64,000 nt of DNA from Eledone cirrhosa. Lineage: Eukaryota. Shown one piece after another: positions 28,330 through 42,461 of this stretch. Within the stretch, counting starts at the first letter, position 1. The number at the start of each line of letters is the position of its first letter. Under the pieces are notes generated by a model, which saw only the letters and a list, made by a program, of their open reading frames with translations, had not been told where the DNA came from and did not search any database. Where the stretch lies: the NCBI GenBank assembly GCA_964016885.1, contig OZ024766.1, forward strand, positions 3,286,001-3,350,000, in the 5' to 3' direction. Position numbers and translations under genes: made by a program.

Positions 28330-28669
28330 TCATTTCATCATTTCATTTTACGTCCGCTTTTTCCCTGCTTGCAAGGGTGGGACGGGAACAGATTCTGGCT
28401 TGATTTCTACAGCTGGATGCCCTTCCTAACACCAACCTCATTTACAGTGAGTGCTGGGCGCTTTTTTGCCGTGGCACCTCCACGACCACTTTGCAGTGGA
28501 ATGACAGGGACCCCAGTCCCTATCATCTCATTTCTACAGCTGAGTAAACTGGAGCAATGTGAAATAAAGTGTCTTGCTCAAGGAAACAACACATCACCCG
28601 GTCTGAGAATTGAACTCACAACCTTTCGATTGCAAGGCCAATGCTCTAACCACTAAGCCATGGGCCTCC
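28330..28669 (-). mobile_element. Full-length tRNA/CORE SINE
   Basis: Reverse complement of the family at 21944. Confidence 0.9.
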
Positions 28670-28674
28670 ATATG

Positions 28675-28776
<102 letters not shown>

Positions 28777-28823
28777 TACATATATATATATTTATATATT
28801 TGTTCAACAAGAATCTTGATTTG

Positions 28824-28858
<35 letters not shown>

Positions 28859-28957
28859 AAGAGAGAGAGAATGAGATATATACACTCACACCTACATACA
28901 TGCACATATATCTGTATATAAAGTTGTCTTATAAGTGTTTATTTGACATGAGTGTTT

Positions 28958-29028
<71 letters not shown>

Positions 29029-29199
29029 CATATATACATGTATATATATATACATACATACATATATATATATACATACCTATATATATATATATATATA
29101 CATACATACAGATATATATAGAGAGAGACACCTATATATTTGTATATATAAAATATATGTAGATAAAACATACACACACACACACACATATATATCTAT

Positions 29200-29244
<45 letters not shown>

Positions 29245-29361
29245 TACAAATATATATATATATATAAATACATATATATTTGTATATATATATACATACA
29301 TACATATATATATACATACCTATACATATATATTTGTATATATAATATATATGTAGAAAAA

Positions 29362-29454
<93 letters not shown>

Positions 29455-29530
29455 CATGTGTGTATATAAATATACACACAAGACCACATGCATGTTTTTT
29501 CATTCATGTTGAAGATGTTTATTCCCATAC

Positions 29531-29595
29531 CATTTTCCTCTCAATATTGCAATCATATTGTTTTGGCAGGAGCATAGCTAAGGAGTGTTTTTACA
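29531..29595 (-). other. Candidate exon (65 nt), frame unresolved
   Basis: Long polypyrimidine tract ...ctttcactgaag| ... ATG|gtatgg. Confidence 0.3.
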
Positions 29596-29789
29596 CTTCA
29601 GTGAAAGGAGAGTTATTAAAAGGGGAGACAACAAAAAAAAACAAAAAACTAATAGCATTGTAAAAAAGGAATAATATGACAAGTGTTCAGAAAGATATGG
29701 CTTCATAACCAGCTGGTTGTTGGTTCGATCCTAGCGTACAGCACGTTAGTAGAGTGTCTTTTGGTATAGCTTTAAAACAAATGGTTTGT

Positions 29790-31090
29790 GTCGTAGAACC
29801 AGGGGTGTTGGAACATAACTTAGGGAGGGATCGTACATAGAATTATGATGGAAAGATTTTAGATAAATAAATATAAACACTTTAAAATGAACAGTTTTGT
29901 ATCAGAACCAGGGGTGTTGGGACATAACTTAAGGAAAATGAACAGTTTTGTATCAGAACCAGGGGTGTTGGGACATAACTTAAGGAAAATGAACAGTGTT
30001 GTATCAGAACCAGGGGTGTTGGGACATAACTTAAGGAAAATGAACAGTTTTGTATCAGAACCAGGGGTGTTGGGACATAACTTAAGAAGGGATCGTACAT
30101 AGAGTTATGATGGAAAGATTTTAGATAAATAAATATAAACACTTTAAAATGAACAGTTTTGTATCAGAACCAGGGGTGTTGGGACATAACTTAAGGAGGG
30201 ATCGTACATAGAATTATGATGGAAAGATTTTAGATAAATAAATATAAACACTTTAAAAGGAACAGTTTTGTATCAGAACCAGGGGTGTTGGGACATAACT
30301 TAAGGAGGGATCGTACATAGAGTTATGATGGAAAGATTTTAGATAAATAAATATAAACACTTTAAAATGAACAGTTTTGTATCAGAACCAGGGGTGTTGG
30401 GACATAACTTAACAAAGGTTCTTACATAAAATTGGAAGGTTTTTAGATAAATATAAACATTTTATAAGCTAAAAGTATTTTTGTATCACAGAACCATGGG
30501 TGTTTGGAGCATAACTTAACAAAGGTTCTTATATGAAATTATGATGGAAGGTTTTTAGATAAATATAAACACTCTAAGATGGTGTTTGGAGCATAACTTA
30601 ACAAAGGTTCTTATATAAAATTATGATGGAAGGTTTTTAGATAAATATAAACACTCTAAGATGGTGTTTGGAGCATAACTTAACAAAGGTTCTTATATAA
30701 AATTATGATGGAAGGTTTTTAGATAAATATAAACAGTCTAAGATGGTGTTTGGAGCATAACTTAACACTTAACAAAGGTTCTTATATAAAATTATGATGG
30801 AATGTTTTTAGATAAATATAAACAGTCTAAGATGGTGTTTGGAGCATAACTTAACACTTAACAAAGGTTCTTATATAAAATTATGATGGAATGTTTTTAG
30901 ATAAATATAAACACTCTAAGATGGTGTTTGGAGCATAACTTAACACTTAACAAAGGTTCTTATATAAAATTATGATGGAAGGTTTTTAGATAAATATAAG
31001 CACTCTAAGATGGTGTTTGGAACATAACTTAACAAAGGTTCTTATATAAAATTATGATGGAAGGTTTTAAAATAAACAGTTTTGTACCAT
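29790..31090. repeat. Composite minisatellite with 51-bp, 109-bp and ~82-89-bp units
   Basis: Shared GGTGTTGGGACATAACTTAA and TTATGATGGAA..TTTAGATAAAT blocks. Confidence 0.9.
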
Positions 31091-31220
31091 AGATACAGGT
31101 AGTGATGGTGGTGGGGCTGGGGCGGCAGTGGTGGTCTCTTTGTGGTGATGATGGTGGCAGTGGTTGTGATTGTGTGGTGGGGGGGGGGGGGGGGGGTAGC
31201 GATGTTTATGGCAGAGAGTG

Positions 31221-31311
31221 ATACATGACTTAAGAACCAGAGACAAGAGACTGAAGAAGGGCAAATGTTACCTGAAATATTGAGACGTGACCAGCATTAT
31301 AACTAGCCAGG
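31221..31311 (-). pseudogene. Diverged partial duplicate of exon 32864-32993 3' end plus donor
   Basis: [14 protein letters not shown]|gtaaca versus TWIVIMLFTYRYFR|gtaaca; shared intron flank. Confidence 0.7.
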
Positions 31312-32099
31312 TGGTGGTGGTGGTGATGGTGGTGGTGGTGGTGGTGTCTGGTGATGGTGGTGGTGGTGGTGGTGGGGGTGGTGTCTGGTGATGGTGGTGG
31401 TGGTGTAGTGGTGGTGGTTGTGGTGGTGTTGTATATAGATGGTGTTGGTGGTGGTGGTGTGTGGTGATGGTGGTGGTGGTGCTGGTGTAATGGTGGTGGT
31501 TGCGGTGGAGGTGTCTGTATTGGCAGTGGTGGTGGTGGTGGTGGTGGTGGTGGTGGTGTCTGGTGATGTCTGGTGATGGTGGTGGTGGTGGTGGTGGTGT
31601 TGTATATAGATGGTGTTGGTGGTGGTGGTGTGTGGTGATGGTGGTGGTGGTGCTGGTGTAATGGTGGTGGTTGCGGTGGAGGTGTCTGTATTGGCAGTGG
31701 TGGTGGTGGTGGTGGTGGTGGTGGTGGTGTCTGGTGATTCTGGTGATGGTGGTAGTGGTGATAGTGGTGGTGGTAGTGATGGTGTTGGTTGTGGTGGTGG
31801 TGGTGGTGGTGGTGGTGGTGGTGGTGTCTGGTAATGGCTGGTGATGGTGGTAGTGGTGGTGGTGGTGATGGTGTAGTGGTGGGGGTTGCAGTGGGGGTGT
31901 CTGTATTGGCAGTGGTGGTGGTTGCGGTGGGGGTGTCTGGTGATGTCTGGTGATGGTGGTGGTTGTGGTGGTGGTGGTGGTGGTGTTGGCTGTGGTGTTG
32001 GTGGTGGTGGGGGTTGGTGTCTGGTGGTGGTGATGGTGGTGGTGATGGTGGTGGTAGTGATGGTGTTGGTTGTGGTGTTGGTGTGGTGGTGGTGGTAGT

Positions 32100-32770
32100 G
32101 ATGGTGGTGGTATTGGTGGTGGTGGTGGTGGTGCTGGTGTAGTGGTGGTGGTTGTGGTGGGGGTGTCAGTATTGGCAGTGGTGGTGGTGATGTATATAGA
32201 TGGTGTTGGTGGTGGTGGTGGTGGTGGTAGTGATGGTGTTGGTGTGGTGGTGGTGGTACTGGTGGTGGTAGTGATGGTGGTGATAGTGGTGGTGTGTGGT
32301 GGTATTGGTGGTGGTGATGGTGGTGGTGGTGGTGGTGCTGGTGTAGTGGTGGTGGTTGTGGTGGGGGTGTCAGTATTGGCAGTGGTGGTGGTGATGTATA
32401 TAGATGGTGTTGGTGGTGGTGGTGGTGGTGGTAGTGATGGTGTTGGTGTGGTGGTGGTGGTACTGGTGGTGGTAGTGATGGTGGTGATAGTGGTGGTGTG
32501 TGGTGGTATTGGTGGTGGTGATGGTGGTGGTGGTGGTGGTGCTGGTGTAGTGGTGGTGGTTGTGGTGGGGGTGTCAGTATTGGCAGTGGTGGTGGTGATG
32601 TATATAGATGGTGTTGGTGGTGGTGGTGGTGGTGGTAGTGATGGTGTTGGTGTGGTGGTGGTGGTACTGGTGGTGGTAGTGATGGTGGTGATAGTGGTGG
32701 TGTGTGGTGGTGGTTGTGGTGGGGGTGTCAGTATTGGCAGTGGTGGTGGTGATGTATATAGATGGTGTTG
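32100..32770. repeat. 204-bp higher-order repeat inside (GGT)n
   Basis: GTCAGTATTGGCAG at 32165, 32369, 32573. Confidence 0.85.
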
Positions 32771-32863
32771 GTGGTGGTGGTGGAGGTGGTGTTGTATATA
32801 GTGATATAGAAATACATGAGGACCAGAACCAGAGACAAGAGACTGAAGAAGGGCAAATGTTAC

Positions 32864-32993
32864 CTGAAATATCGATACGTGAACAGCATTATAACAATCC
32901 AGGTAATGGACAACCATATTATTATCCAACGGGCCAGTTCCACAGTGTCCAGTTCTTGGCTGTAGATGGGTCCACGCTGTACTGGTGGGGGAC
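32864..32993 (-). CDS. Exon encoding a TM helix (class B/adhesion GPCR TM1-like)
   Basis: Branch site CACTAAT, polypyrimidine tract, accag|; GPPPVQRGPIYSQELDTVELARWIIIWLSITWIVIMLFTYRYF; |gtaaca; phase matches the upstream exon. Confidence 0.65.
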
Positions 32994-33139
32994 CTGGTGT
33001 GGAGGAGGAGAAGAAGGGAGAATTAGTGATGTAGAGGGTGAGAGAGAAAGACAAGTAGAGAGAGAAAGAGAGAGAGAGAGACAGACAGACAGGCGGACAA
33101 AGAGAGATTGGTCTAGATAGATAGATAGATAGATAGATA

Positions 33140-33892
33140 TGTTTATTTATTAGCCACAGGAGCACAAAAGAAGGGGACAAATACAAAGGGGGAAGTTTAC
33201 ATACAATAAAAACGTGTAAAATGTTATCACAAATGCAATTTAAAAAATTAGTCGATTTTCCCCAATAGGGGGAGACATTACATATGGGTAACACATACCC
33301 CCGAAAAAATGTGCAACCCTCATCTCCAGAGTTGGTACTCCTTTCCTCTCCTCCTCCTTTTCCTCAACCTACAGGCTGATATAGAGAGAAGGCCCATTCA
33401 CTCGGGCCATTCTCGCCACTTTCACCCACCTTTCATAAAACTTGCTGGGGTACAGCACTTCTCTTTCCATCCTGACTCTTCTTCCAAAGTGGTATTTGAA
33501 AAAAAAGAATCAGTTGCTTGCCGGAGAGAAAGGTGTCTGACCTCAGCCCTTTCAACCTTGTCCACCATACAACCTCTTTCGCCATAGCTATCACACAAAG
33601 GAAAACCGCCTCTCCTTCATTTTTTGAAGGGGGGTGGCGGTTTGATCATGACAATGGACTCGGTGGTCAACCGGATTGGTCCCACCCGCGACAATAGTCG
33701 TTCTACATAGCCCCACAGGTCAGTGACGCCCGGGCAGTGTATGAATGCGTGCGCGACGGTTTCTTCGTCTCGCACGCACCTCGGACAGATCTTTTTTGCA
33801 GGGTCCCTGCCCGGGCGCCCGTGTCTGTAGAGCTTGTCTCGAACTGGTAGAGCTCCTCGGTAGCACTGCCAGGCCAGGGACTTTTGGAAGTT

Positions 33893-33952
<60 letters not shown>

Positions 33953-34043
33953 TGTTTCTTTATTAGCCACAGGGGCACAAAAGAAGGGGACAAATACAAA
34001 GGGGGAAGTTTACATACAATAAAAACGTGTAAAATGTTATCAC
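33140..34043 (-). mobile_element. Tx1/L1-like LINE 3' fragment with zf-RVT CCHC, plus a second short 3' end
   Basis: AWQCYRGALPVRDKL..CPRC..EETVAHAFIHCP..LW; copies at 33140-33892 and 33953-34043 lie in (GATA)n. Confidence 0.85.
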
Positions 34044-34071
34044 AGACAGACAGACAGGCAGACAGACAGAC

Positions 34072-34106
<35 letters not shown>

Positions 34107-34196
34107 TAGATGGAGAGCTAGATAATCAGGCGATAGAAAACATAGCAACAACGAGGAAGCATCCATAGCATTCCAACCATGGCCATCACCACTCAC

Positions 34197-34507
34197 CTGT
34201 GACGTTGTGCATGACATCAACTGCCAGTCCATGGAAGTGTGATGACGATGATGATTGTGGTGGTGGTGGTGGTGGTGGTGGTGGTGGTGGTGGTGTCGGT
34301 GGTGGTGGTGGTGGTGGTGGTGGTGGTGGTGGTGGTGTCGGTGGTGGTGGTGGTGTCGGAGGTGGTGGTGGTGGTGGTGGTGTTGTGTGACAACAACACT
34401 CCCGTCACTACGCCGTGCTGGTGCGGGATGCCCAACCGACACAGACCCACCTCCCCCATAACCTCCTCCGAAAGCCTTCAGCTACACTGGGCCATTCATA
34501 ATCTACA
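34197..34507 (-). pseudogene. Disrupted GPS-like exon with poly-Pro insert
   Basis: ttgttctattgcag|, 311 nt (1+309+1), |gtgagt; VDYEW...ECCCHTT(P)n..HFHGLAVDVMHNVT with in-frame TAG TGA removable by two compensating G-run indels. Confidence 0.45.
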
Positions 34508-34578
34508 CTGCAATAGAACAAAAAAGATTTATACATATCATCATCATCATCATCATCATTTCTCACATCTGATGTGAG

Positions 34579-35172
34579 AAAAACCACAGACCCACCATCT
34601 TAAAACCACAGACCCTCCATCTTAAAACCACAAACCCTCCATCTTAAAACCACAAACCCTCCATCTTAAAACCACAGACCCTCCATCTTAAAACCACAGA
34701 CCCTCCATCTTAAAACCACGGACCCTCCATCTTAAAACCACGGACGCTCCATCTTAAAACCACAGATCCTCCATCTTAAAACCACAGACCCACCATCTTA
34801 AAACCACAGACCTCCATCTTAAAACCACAGATCCTCCATCTTAAAACCACGGACCCTCCATCTTAAAACCACAGACCTCCATCTTAAAACCACAGACCCT
34901 CCATCTTAAAACCACAGACCCTCCATCTTAAAACCACAAACCCTCCATCTTAAAACCACAGACCCTCCATCTTAAAACCACAAACCCTCCATCTTAAAAC
35001 CACAGACCCTCCATCTTAAAACCACAGACCCTCCATCTTAAAACCACAGACCCTCCATCTTAAAACCACAGACCCTCCATCTTAAAACCACAGACCCTCC
35101 ATCTTAAAACCACAAACCCTCCATCTTAAAACCACAGACCCTCCATCTTAAAACCACAGACCCACCATCTTA
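34579..35172. repeat. 22-bp minisatellite, ~27 copies (TAAAACCACAGACCCTCCATCT)
   Basis: Direct. Confidence 0.95.
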
Positions 35173-35274
35173 ATTCTGCTTTTGAAATTTTGAAAAGCAG
35201 AAGAACTGCGAAACCATTAAAGGAACCAAATATATATATATTTATATTTAAAAATAAGACTCATATATATATAT

Positions 35275-35382
<108 letters not shown>

Positions 35383-35439
35383 ATATATATATGTGTATAT
35401 ATATGTATATGTGTATATATATGTATGTTTGTATATGTA

Positions 35440-35470
<31 letters not shown>

Positions 35471-35510
35471 GTACACATATATATATATATATGTTTATAT
35501 AAATACATAT

Positions 35511-35621
<111 letters not shown>

Positions 35622-35623
35622 AT

Positions 35624-35676
<53 letters not shown>

Positions 35677-36280
35677 TATATATATATATATACATATATA
35701 CACATATACATATATATATATATACAAACATACATATATATACACATATATATATACATATATATATATATATACATATACAAACATACATATATATATA
35801 TACATATATATACAAACATACATATATATATATACACACATACACACATATATATACACATATACATATATATACACACATATACATATACATACATATA
35901 TACACATCTATATATATTCTTGTAAAATATAGACATCTTAAACACACATAATACCCTAACTACAGCCAATTATTTTCAATAATAGCCGAGAATATCAGGT
36001 AAAAGAACCGTATAGGTGTAAAATATTGATCGACCCCTATTACAAATAATTGAACACCTCAATTCTTTTCTATCTATAAAGGTGTTTTTAGATCACTAGA
36101 TCTTTTTTTTTTTTTTTTTTTTTTTTCAACACACCACCGTGTATGTGTGTATGTGTGTATGTGTATATGTGTGTGTATGTGTGTATGTGTGTATGTGTGT
36201 GTGGGGGGGTGTATGTGTGTGTGTGTGTGTATGTGTGTATGTGTGTGTATGTGTGTATGTGTGTGTGTGTGTATGTGGGT

Positions 36281-36315
<35 letters not shown>

Positions 36316-36320
36316 TATGT

Positions 36321-36392
<72 letters not shown>

Positions 36393-36476
36393 GTGTGTGT
36401 ATGTGTGTATGTGTGTGTGTGTGTATGTGTGTGTGTGGGTATGTGTGTGTATGTGTGTGTGTGTGTGTATATGTGT

Positions 36477-36543
<67 letters not shown>

Positions 36544-36597
36544 TGTGTATGTGTGTGTATACATTTATAGGTGTGAGTGTATTCATAACATGGGAAC

Positions 36598-38182
36598 AGG
36601 GTGGGGTGTTCCGGGGCCATAGTATCTAGAATAAGGATGGGTTGGAAGAAAGTTTAGGGAGCTGCTTCATCTGTTGACAAAGAAGGGTTTCGCCCGGCGT
36701 ACGAAAGGATGGGTTGGAAGAAAGTTTAGGGAGCTGCTTCATCTGTTGACAAAGAAGGGTTTCTCCCGGCGTACGAAAGGATGGGTTGGAAGAAAGTTTA
36801 GGGAGCTGCTTCATCTGTTGACAAAGAAGGGTTTCTCCCGGCGTAAGAAAGGATGGGTTGGAAGAAAGTTTAGGGAGCTGCTTCATCTGTTGACAAAGAA
36901 GGGTTTCTCCCGGCGTAAGAAAGGATGGGTTGGAAGAAAGTTTAGGGAGCTGCTTCATCTGTTGACAAAGAAGGGTTTCTTCCGGCGTAAGAAAGGATGG
37001 GTTGGAAGAAAGTTTAGGGAGCTGCTTCATCTGTTGACAAAGAAGGGTTTCTCCCGGCGTAAGAAAGGATGGGTTGGAAGAAAGTTTAGGGAGCTGCTTC
37101 ATCTGTTGACAAAGAAGGGTTTCGCCCGGCGTACGAAAGGATGGGTTGGAAGAAAGTTTAGGGAGCTGCTTCATCTGTTGACAAAGAAGGGTTTCTCCCG
37201 GCGTACGAAAGGATGGGTTGGAAGAAAGTTTAGGGAGCTGCTTCATCTGTTGACAAAGAAGGGTTTCTCCCGGTGTATGAAAGGATGGGTTGGAAGAAAG
37301 TTTAGGGAGCTGCTTCATCTGTTGTCAAAGAAGGGTTTCTCCCGGCGTAAGAAAGGATGGGTTGGAAGAAAGTTTAGGGAGCTGCTTCATCTGTTGACAA
37401 AGAAGGGTTTCTCCCGGCGTACGAAAGGATGGGTTGGAAGAAAGTTTAGGGAGCTGCTTCATCTGTTGACAAAGAAGGGTTTCTCCCGGCGTACGAAAGG
37501 ATGGGTTGGAAGAAAGTTTAGGGAGCTGCTTCATCTGTTGACAAAGAAGGGTTTCTCCCGGTGTAAGAAAGGATGGGTTGGAAGAAAGTTTAGGGAGCTG
37601 CTTCATCTGTTGACAAAGAAGGGTTTCTCCCGGCGTATGAAAGGATGGGTTGGAAGAAAGTTTAGGGAGCTGCTTCATCTGTTGACAAAGAAGGGTTTCT
37701 CCCGGCGTATGAAAGGATGGGTTGGAAGAAAGTTTAGGGAGCTGCTTCCTCTGTTGACAAAGAAGGGTTTCTCCCGGTGTAAGAAAGGATGGGTTGGAAG
37801 AAAGTTTAGGGAGCTGCTTCATCTGTTGACAAAGAAGGGTTTCTTCCGGCGTACGAAAGGATGGGTTGGAAGAAAGTTTAGGGAGCTGCTTCATCTGTTG
37901 ACAAAGAAGGGTTTCTTCCGGCGTAAGAAAGGATGGGTTGGAAGAAAGTTTAGGGAGCTGTTTCATCTGTTGACAAAAAAGGGTTTCTGCCGGCGTACGA
38001 AAGGATGGGTTGGAAGAAAGTTTAGGGAGCTGCTTCATCTGTTGACAAAGAAGGGTTTCTCCCGGCGTACGAAAGGACGCTCGTATGATGCCTTGCGTGA
38101 GATGCGCGATGCTGCACGGTAGTGAGACACGGGCAGCAACTGCAGAAGGATATGCGACGGCTGGAGAGAAATGGGGCAAGTA
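36598..38182 (+). mobile_element. RTE LINE fragment containing a 72-bp x20 tandem amplification (36635-38074)
   Basis: Flanks and unit read AIVSRIRMGW/KFRELLHLLTKKGFSRRTKGRSYDA/..AMLHGSET..A/DMRRLERN, an RTE post-RT motif. Confidence 0.85.
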
Positions 38183-38454
38183 GAGGGACGCAAGCCCCTA
38201 GCCTATCTGAGAGATTAGTAAGACAAATGCTGAAGAAACTTGGGCTGTGACAACTCATCTCACTTTTGTTTGGAGAGAAAAACAGACATTAAATGATGAT
38301 GATGATGATGATGAAGTCAATAATGTTGATGTTGATGGTGATGGTGATGGTGGTGATGTTGATGATGTTGATGGTGATGATGGTGTTGATGATGATGATG
38401 ATGATGATGGTGGTGATGGTGATTAAGATGATGATTGTTATGTTGTACGGCAAT

Positions 38455-38550
38455 AATTAAAATATCATTAAATCTCCTTAGAAAACAACGGGTATTCTGC
38501 TAGTATGGATAATGAAATGTATCATCAGTTACATGTCGCGTTTATATGGA
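38455..38550 (+). mobile_element. Degenerate Penelope-like RT C-terminal fragment, partly duplicated at 39700-39750
   Basis: With frameshifts reads IIKS.LENNGYSAS.WIMKCI, similar to the PLE L..NGYP...I motif. Confidence 0.35.
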
Positions 38551-38559
38551 CTACATGAT

Positions 38560-39007
38560 GTTGATGGTGATGATGGAGGTGATGATGGTGATGATGGTGC
38601 TGTTGGTGATGGTTATGATGGTGGTGATGATGTTGGTGATGGTTATGATGGTGGTGATGATGTTGGTGATGGTTATGATGGTGGTGATGATGTTGGTGAT
38701 GGTTATGATGGTGGTGATGATGTTGGTGATGGTTATGATGGTGATGATGATGTTGGTGATGGTTATGATGGTGGTGATGATGATGATGGTTATGATGGTG
38801 GTGATGATGTTGGTGATGGTTATGATGGTGGTGATGATGTTGGTGATGGTTATGATGGTGATGATGATGTTGGTGATGGTTATGATGGTGATGATGATGT
38901 TGGTGATGGTTATGATGTTGATGGTGATGGTGATGGTGATGGTGCTGATGATGTTGGTGATGATGTTGGTTATGATGGTGATGATGATGTTGGTGTTGGT
39001 GGTGATG

Positions 39008-39039
<32 letters not shown>

Positions 39040-39420
39040 GTTGGTGATGGTTATGATGATGGTGATGGTTATGATGGTGGTGATGATGTTGGTGATGGTT
39101 ATGATGGTTATGATGATGTTGGTGATGGTTATGATGGTGATGATGATGTTGGTGATGGTTATGATGGTGGTGATGATGTTGGTGATGGTTATGATGGTGA
39201 TGATGATGTTGGTGATGGTTATGATGGTGGTGATGATGTTGGTGATGGTTATGATGGTGATGGTGGTGGTGGTGATGGTTATGATGGTGGTGATGATGTT
39301 GGTGATGGTTATGATGGTGATGATGATGTTGGTGATGGTTATGATGGTGGTGATGATGTTGGTGATGGTTATGATGGTGATGGTGGTGGTGGTGATGGTG
39401 ATGATGATGGTGATGTTGAT
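38560..39420. repeat. 30-bp minisatellite GGTGATGGTTATGATGGTGGTGATGATGTT
   Basis: Direct; embedded in (GAT/GGT)n. Confidence 0.9.
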
Positions 39421-39775
39421 GGTGATGGTGGTGATGTTGGTGATGATGTCGGTGATGGTTATGGTTATGATGGTAATAAAGATAATAATGACAACAGTCT
39501 TGATGATGATGGTGATGATGATGGTGATGATGATGGTGATGATGATGGTAGTGATGATGTCGGTGGTGATGATGGTGATGATGGTGGTGATGTTAGTGAT
39601 GATGGTGGTGATGATGGTGATGATGATGATGATAATGATGATGATGATGATGGTGATAACGATTATGATGATTGATGACAATAATTTTTTTTTTTTTTAA
39701 ATCATTAAATCTCCTTATAAAGCAACGGGTATTCTGCTAGTATGGATAATTAAAAAAAAAAAAAAAATGTGTTAC

Positions 39776-39877
39776 CTGCAGCTGTAGTGAATTGCTCGTT
39801 AAACAGGCATCACATAGGACAGGTAAACCTCGTTACACTCCCGGCAGTTCCCACCTTCGTTGTGGCTTCACCAACAC
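39776..39877 (-). pseudogene. Candidate exon with stops in all frames
   Basis: gttag| ... CTGCAG|gtaaca; the 3' end AIHYSC-(S) is in phase with exon 34197-34507. Confidence 0.3.
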
Positions 39878-39926
39878 CTAACTTTTAAATAAATTGGATT
39901 ATACGAGAGAAGAATTTAATAAATAT

Positions 39927-39958
<32 letters not shown>

Positions 39959-40084
39959 ATATCTATATATAGGTGGTGGTGGTGGTAGGTGGTGGTGGGT
40001 GGTGTTTGTTGTTGGTGTTTAATGGGGGGGGGTGTATATGTATGTATGGGGCTGTGTATATATGAGTGTGTAAGTGTGTACATT

Positions 40085-40132
<48 letters not shown>

Positions 40133-40146
40133 TATATATATATTTA

Positions 40147-40250
<104 letters not shown>

Positions 40251-40294
40251 TATATATATATTTATATATATATATATATATAAATATATATATA

Positions 40295-40404
<110 letters not shown>

Positions 40405-40454
40405 TATATATATATTTATATATATATATATATATATATATAAATATATATATA

Positions 40455-40530
<76 letters not shown>

Positions 40531-40686
40531 AATATATATATATATTTATATATATATATGAATGAATATATATATATATATATATATAAATATATATTTA
40601 TATATATATATATAAATATATATATATAAATATAAATATATATTTATATATATATATATAAATATATATATATAAATATATATATA

Positions 40687-40768
<82 letters not shown>

Positions 40769-40773
40769 TATTC

Positions 40774-40862
<89 letters not shown>

Positions 40863-41588
40863 TATATATGTTCATATATATATATATATATATATAAAAG
40901 TTCTCCCAATAACATCAGCAGCAGCAGCTACTTCTCCCCCCCCCCTGCCATCACCACCGCCACCACACCTCATTATGCGTTATTAACTCCCCTCCACCTC
41001 CGTCATTTATATACCCCACCCAACCCACCCCTTACATTACACCTTCGCATTCAGCAGGGCTATTACCACCACCACCACCACATCACACCACCACCACCAC
41101 CACCACTACAACACCACCACTACACCACCACTACAACACCACCACTACACCACCACTAGCACCACCACCACCACTACAACACCACCACTACACCACCACT
41201 ACAACACCACCACTACACCACCACTAGCACCACCACCACCACTACAACACCACCACTGCACCACCACTAGCACCACCACCACCACCACTACACCACCACT
41301 ACACCACCACTACACCACCACTAGCACCACCACCACCACCACCAACACCACCACCACTACAACACCACCACTAGCACCACCACCACCACCACCACCACCA
41401 CCACTAAAACACCACCACCACTAGCACCACCACCACCACCATTACCACTAACTACCACCACCAACACCACCACCACTACAACACCACCACCACTACACCA
41501 CCACTACACCACCACTAGCACCACCACCACCACTACAACACCACCACCAACACCACCACCACTACAACACCACCACTACACCACCACC

Positions 41589-41647
41589 TATACTTTATTA
41601 TACATATTACAAAGGTACTACCTTTGTAATATGTATAATAAAGTATA
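41589..41647. repeat. Perfect 29-bp inverted repeat, 1-nt spacer
   Basis: Centre at 41618. Confidence 0.9.
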
Positions 41648-41688
41648 TATTTTGATTATGTGAATATTTTTCATTTGTTAACATTTTG

Positions 41689-41738
<50 letters not shown>

Positions 41739-41740
<2 letters not shown>

Positions 41741-41826
41741 GGTGGCTGCCAACTCGTTTTCGAGTATGGCCACTACTTTATATCCATGTAGGAGAACCCC
41801 TACCGATGCGCTGAACGAGTGTGACT
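41739..41826. repeat. ~87-bp dispersed repeat, second copy at 57439-57526
   Basis: Near-identical copies, both directly after (TA)n. Confidence 0.85.
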
Positions 41827-42155
41827 TTTTAGTCCAGCCAGCGACTTGAAAACTCTGTTACAAACACTACACTTGTGACAATTATTGACACATAGTGCTG
41901 GGCCCATGGTACCATGTGACGACAAGTGCAGAGAGATCTCCAGATATAAAGCAATACCTGTGCCGTGAAGCTTTTATAGTGAGCAAAGGCACTGCACAAA
42001 GCCAGTCCCACTCTCTTAACCAAGATGATATTTACCAAAAAGAAGAACAAGTCAACATCATTGGATACCATCAGGGTTGCAGGTGTTATATCAGAGTTTT
42101 CCTTCTCCTAGAATTCTGCCTTGACAAAGGCTAAGGCGTCAGGCGTCATCTCTCC

Positions 42156-42261
<106 letters not shown>

Positions 42262-42430
42262 ACTCAAAGTCGTTGAAAGCCTTGGAATGGGGAGATCCAG
42301 GAAGAGCTGTGATGAGGTGACAAAAAAACGACCCTGCCCAATTGCACCTGTCAGAGGAGATGTCACATGACCAGAATCTCTGGCGTCACACAGTAATACA
42401 GAAGACCCAACTTCCCACGGGTACAAGCCG
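42262..42430 (+). mobile_element. Degenerate RTE LINE C-terminal fragment
   Basis: GMGRSRKSCDEV../..LHLSEEMSHDQNLWRHTV. Confidence 0.5.
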
Positions 42431-42461
42431 AAGCTGAAGCATATGTACAGTATGCCCCAGA

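Noticed and set aside
32802-32902. Plus-strand exon DIEIHEDQNQRQETEEGQMLPEISIREQHYNNP
   Set aside because: No polypyrimidine acceptor; the minus strand has a full branch site, acceptor, donor and TM peptide.
38512-39675. GDGYDGGDDV-repeat structural protein
   Set aside because: Open in several frames, built from (GAT/GGT)n, no signal peptide, and the start lies in a TE remnant.
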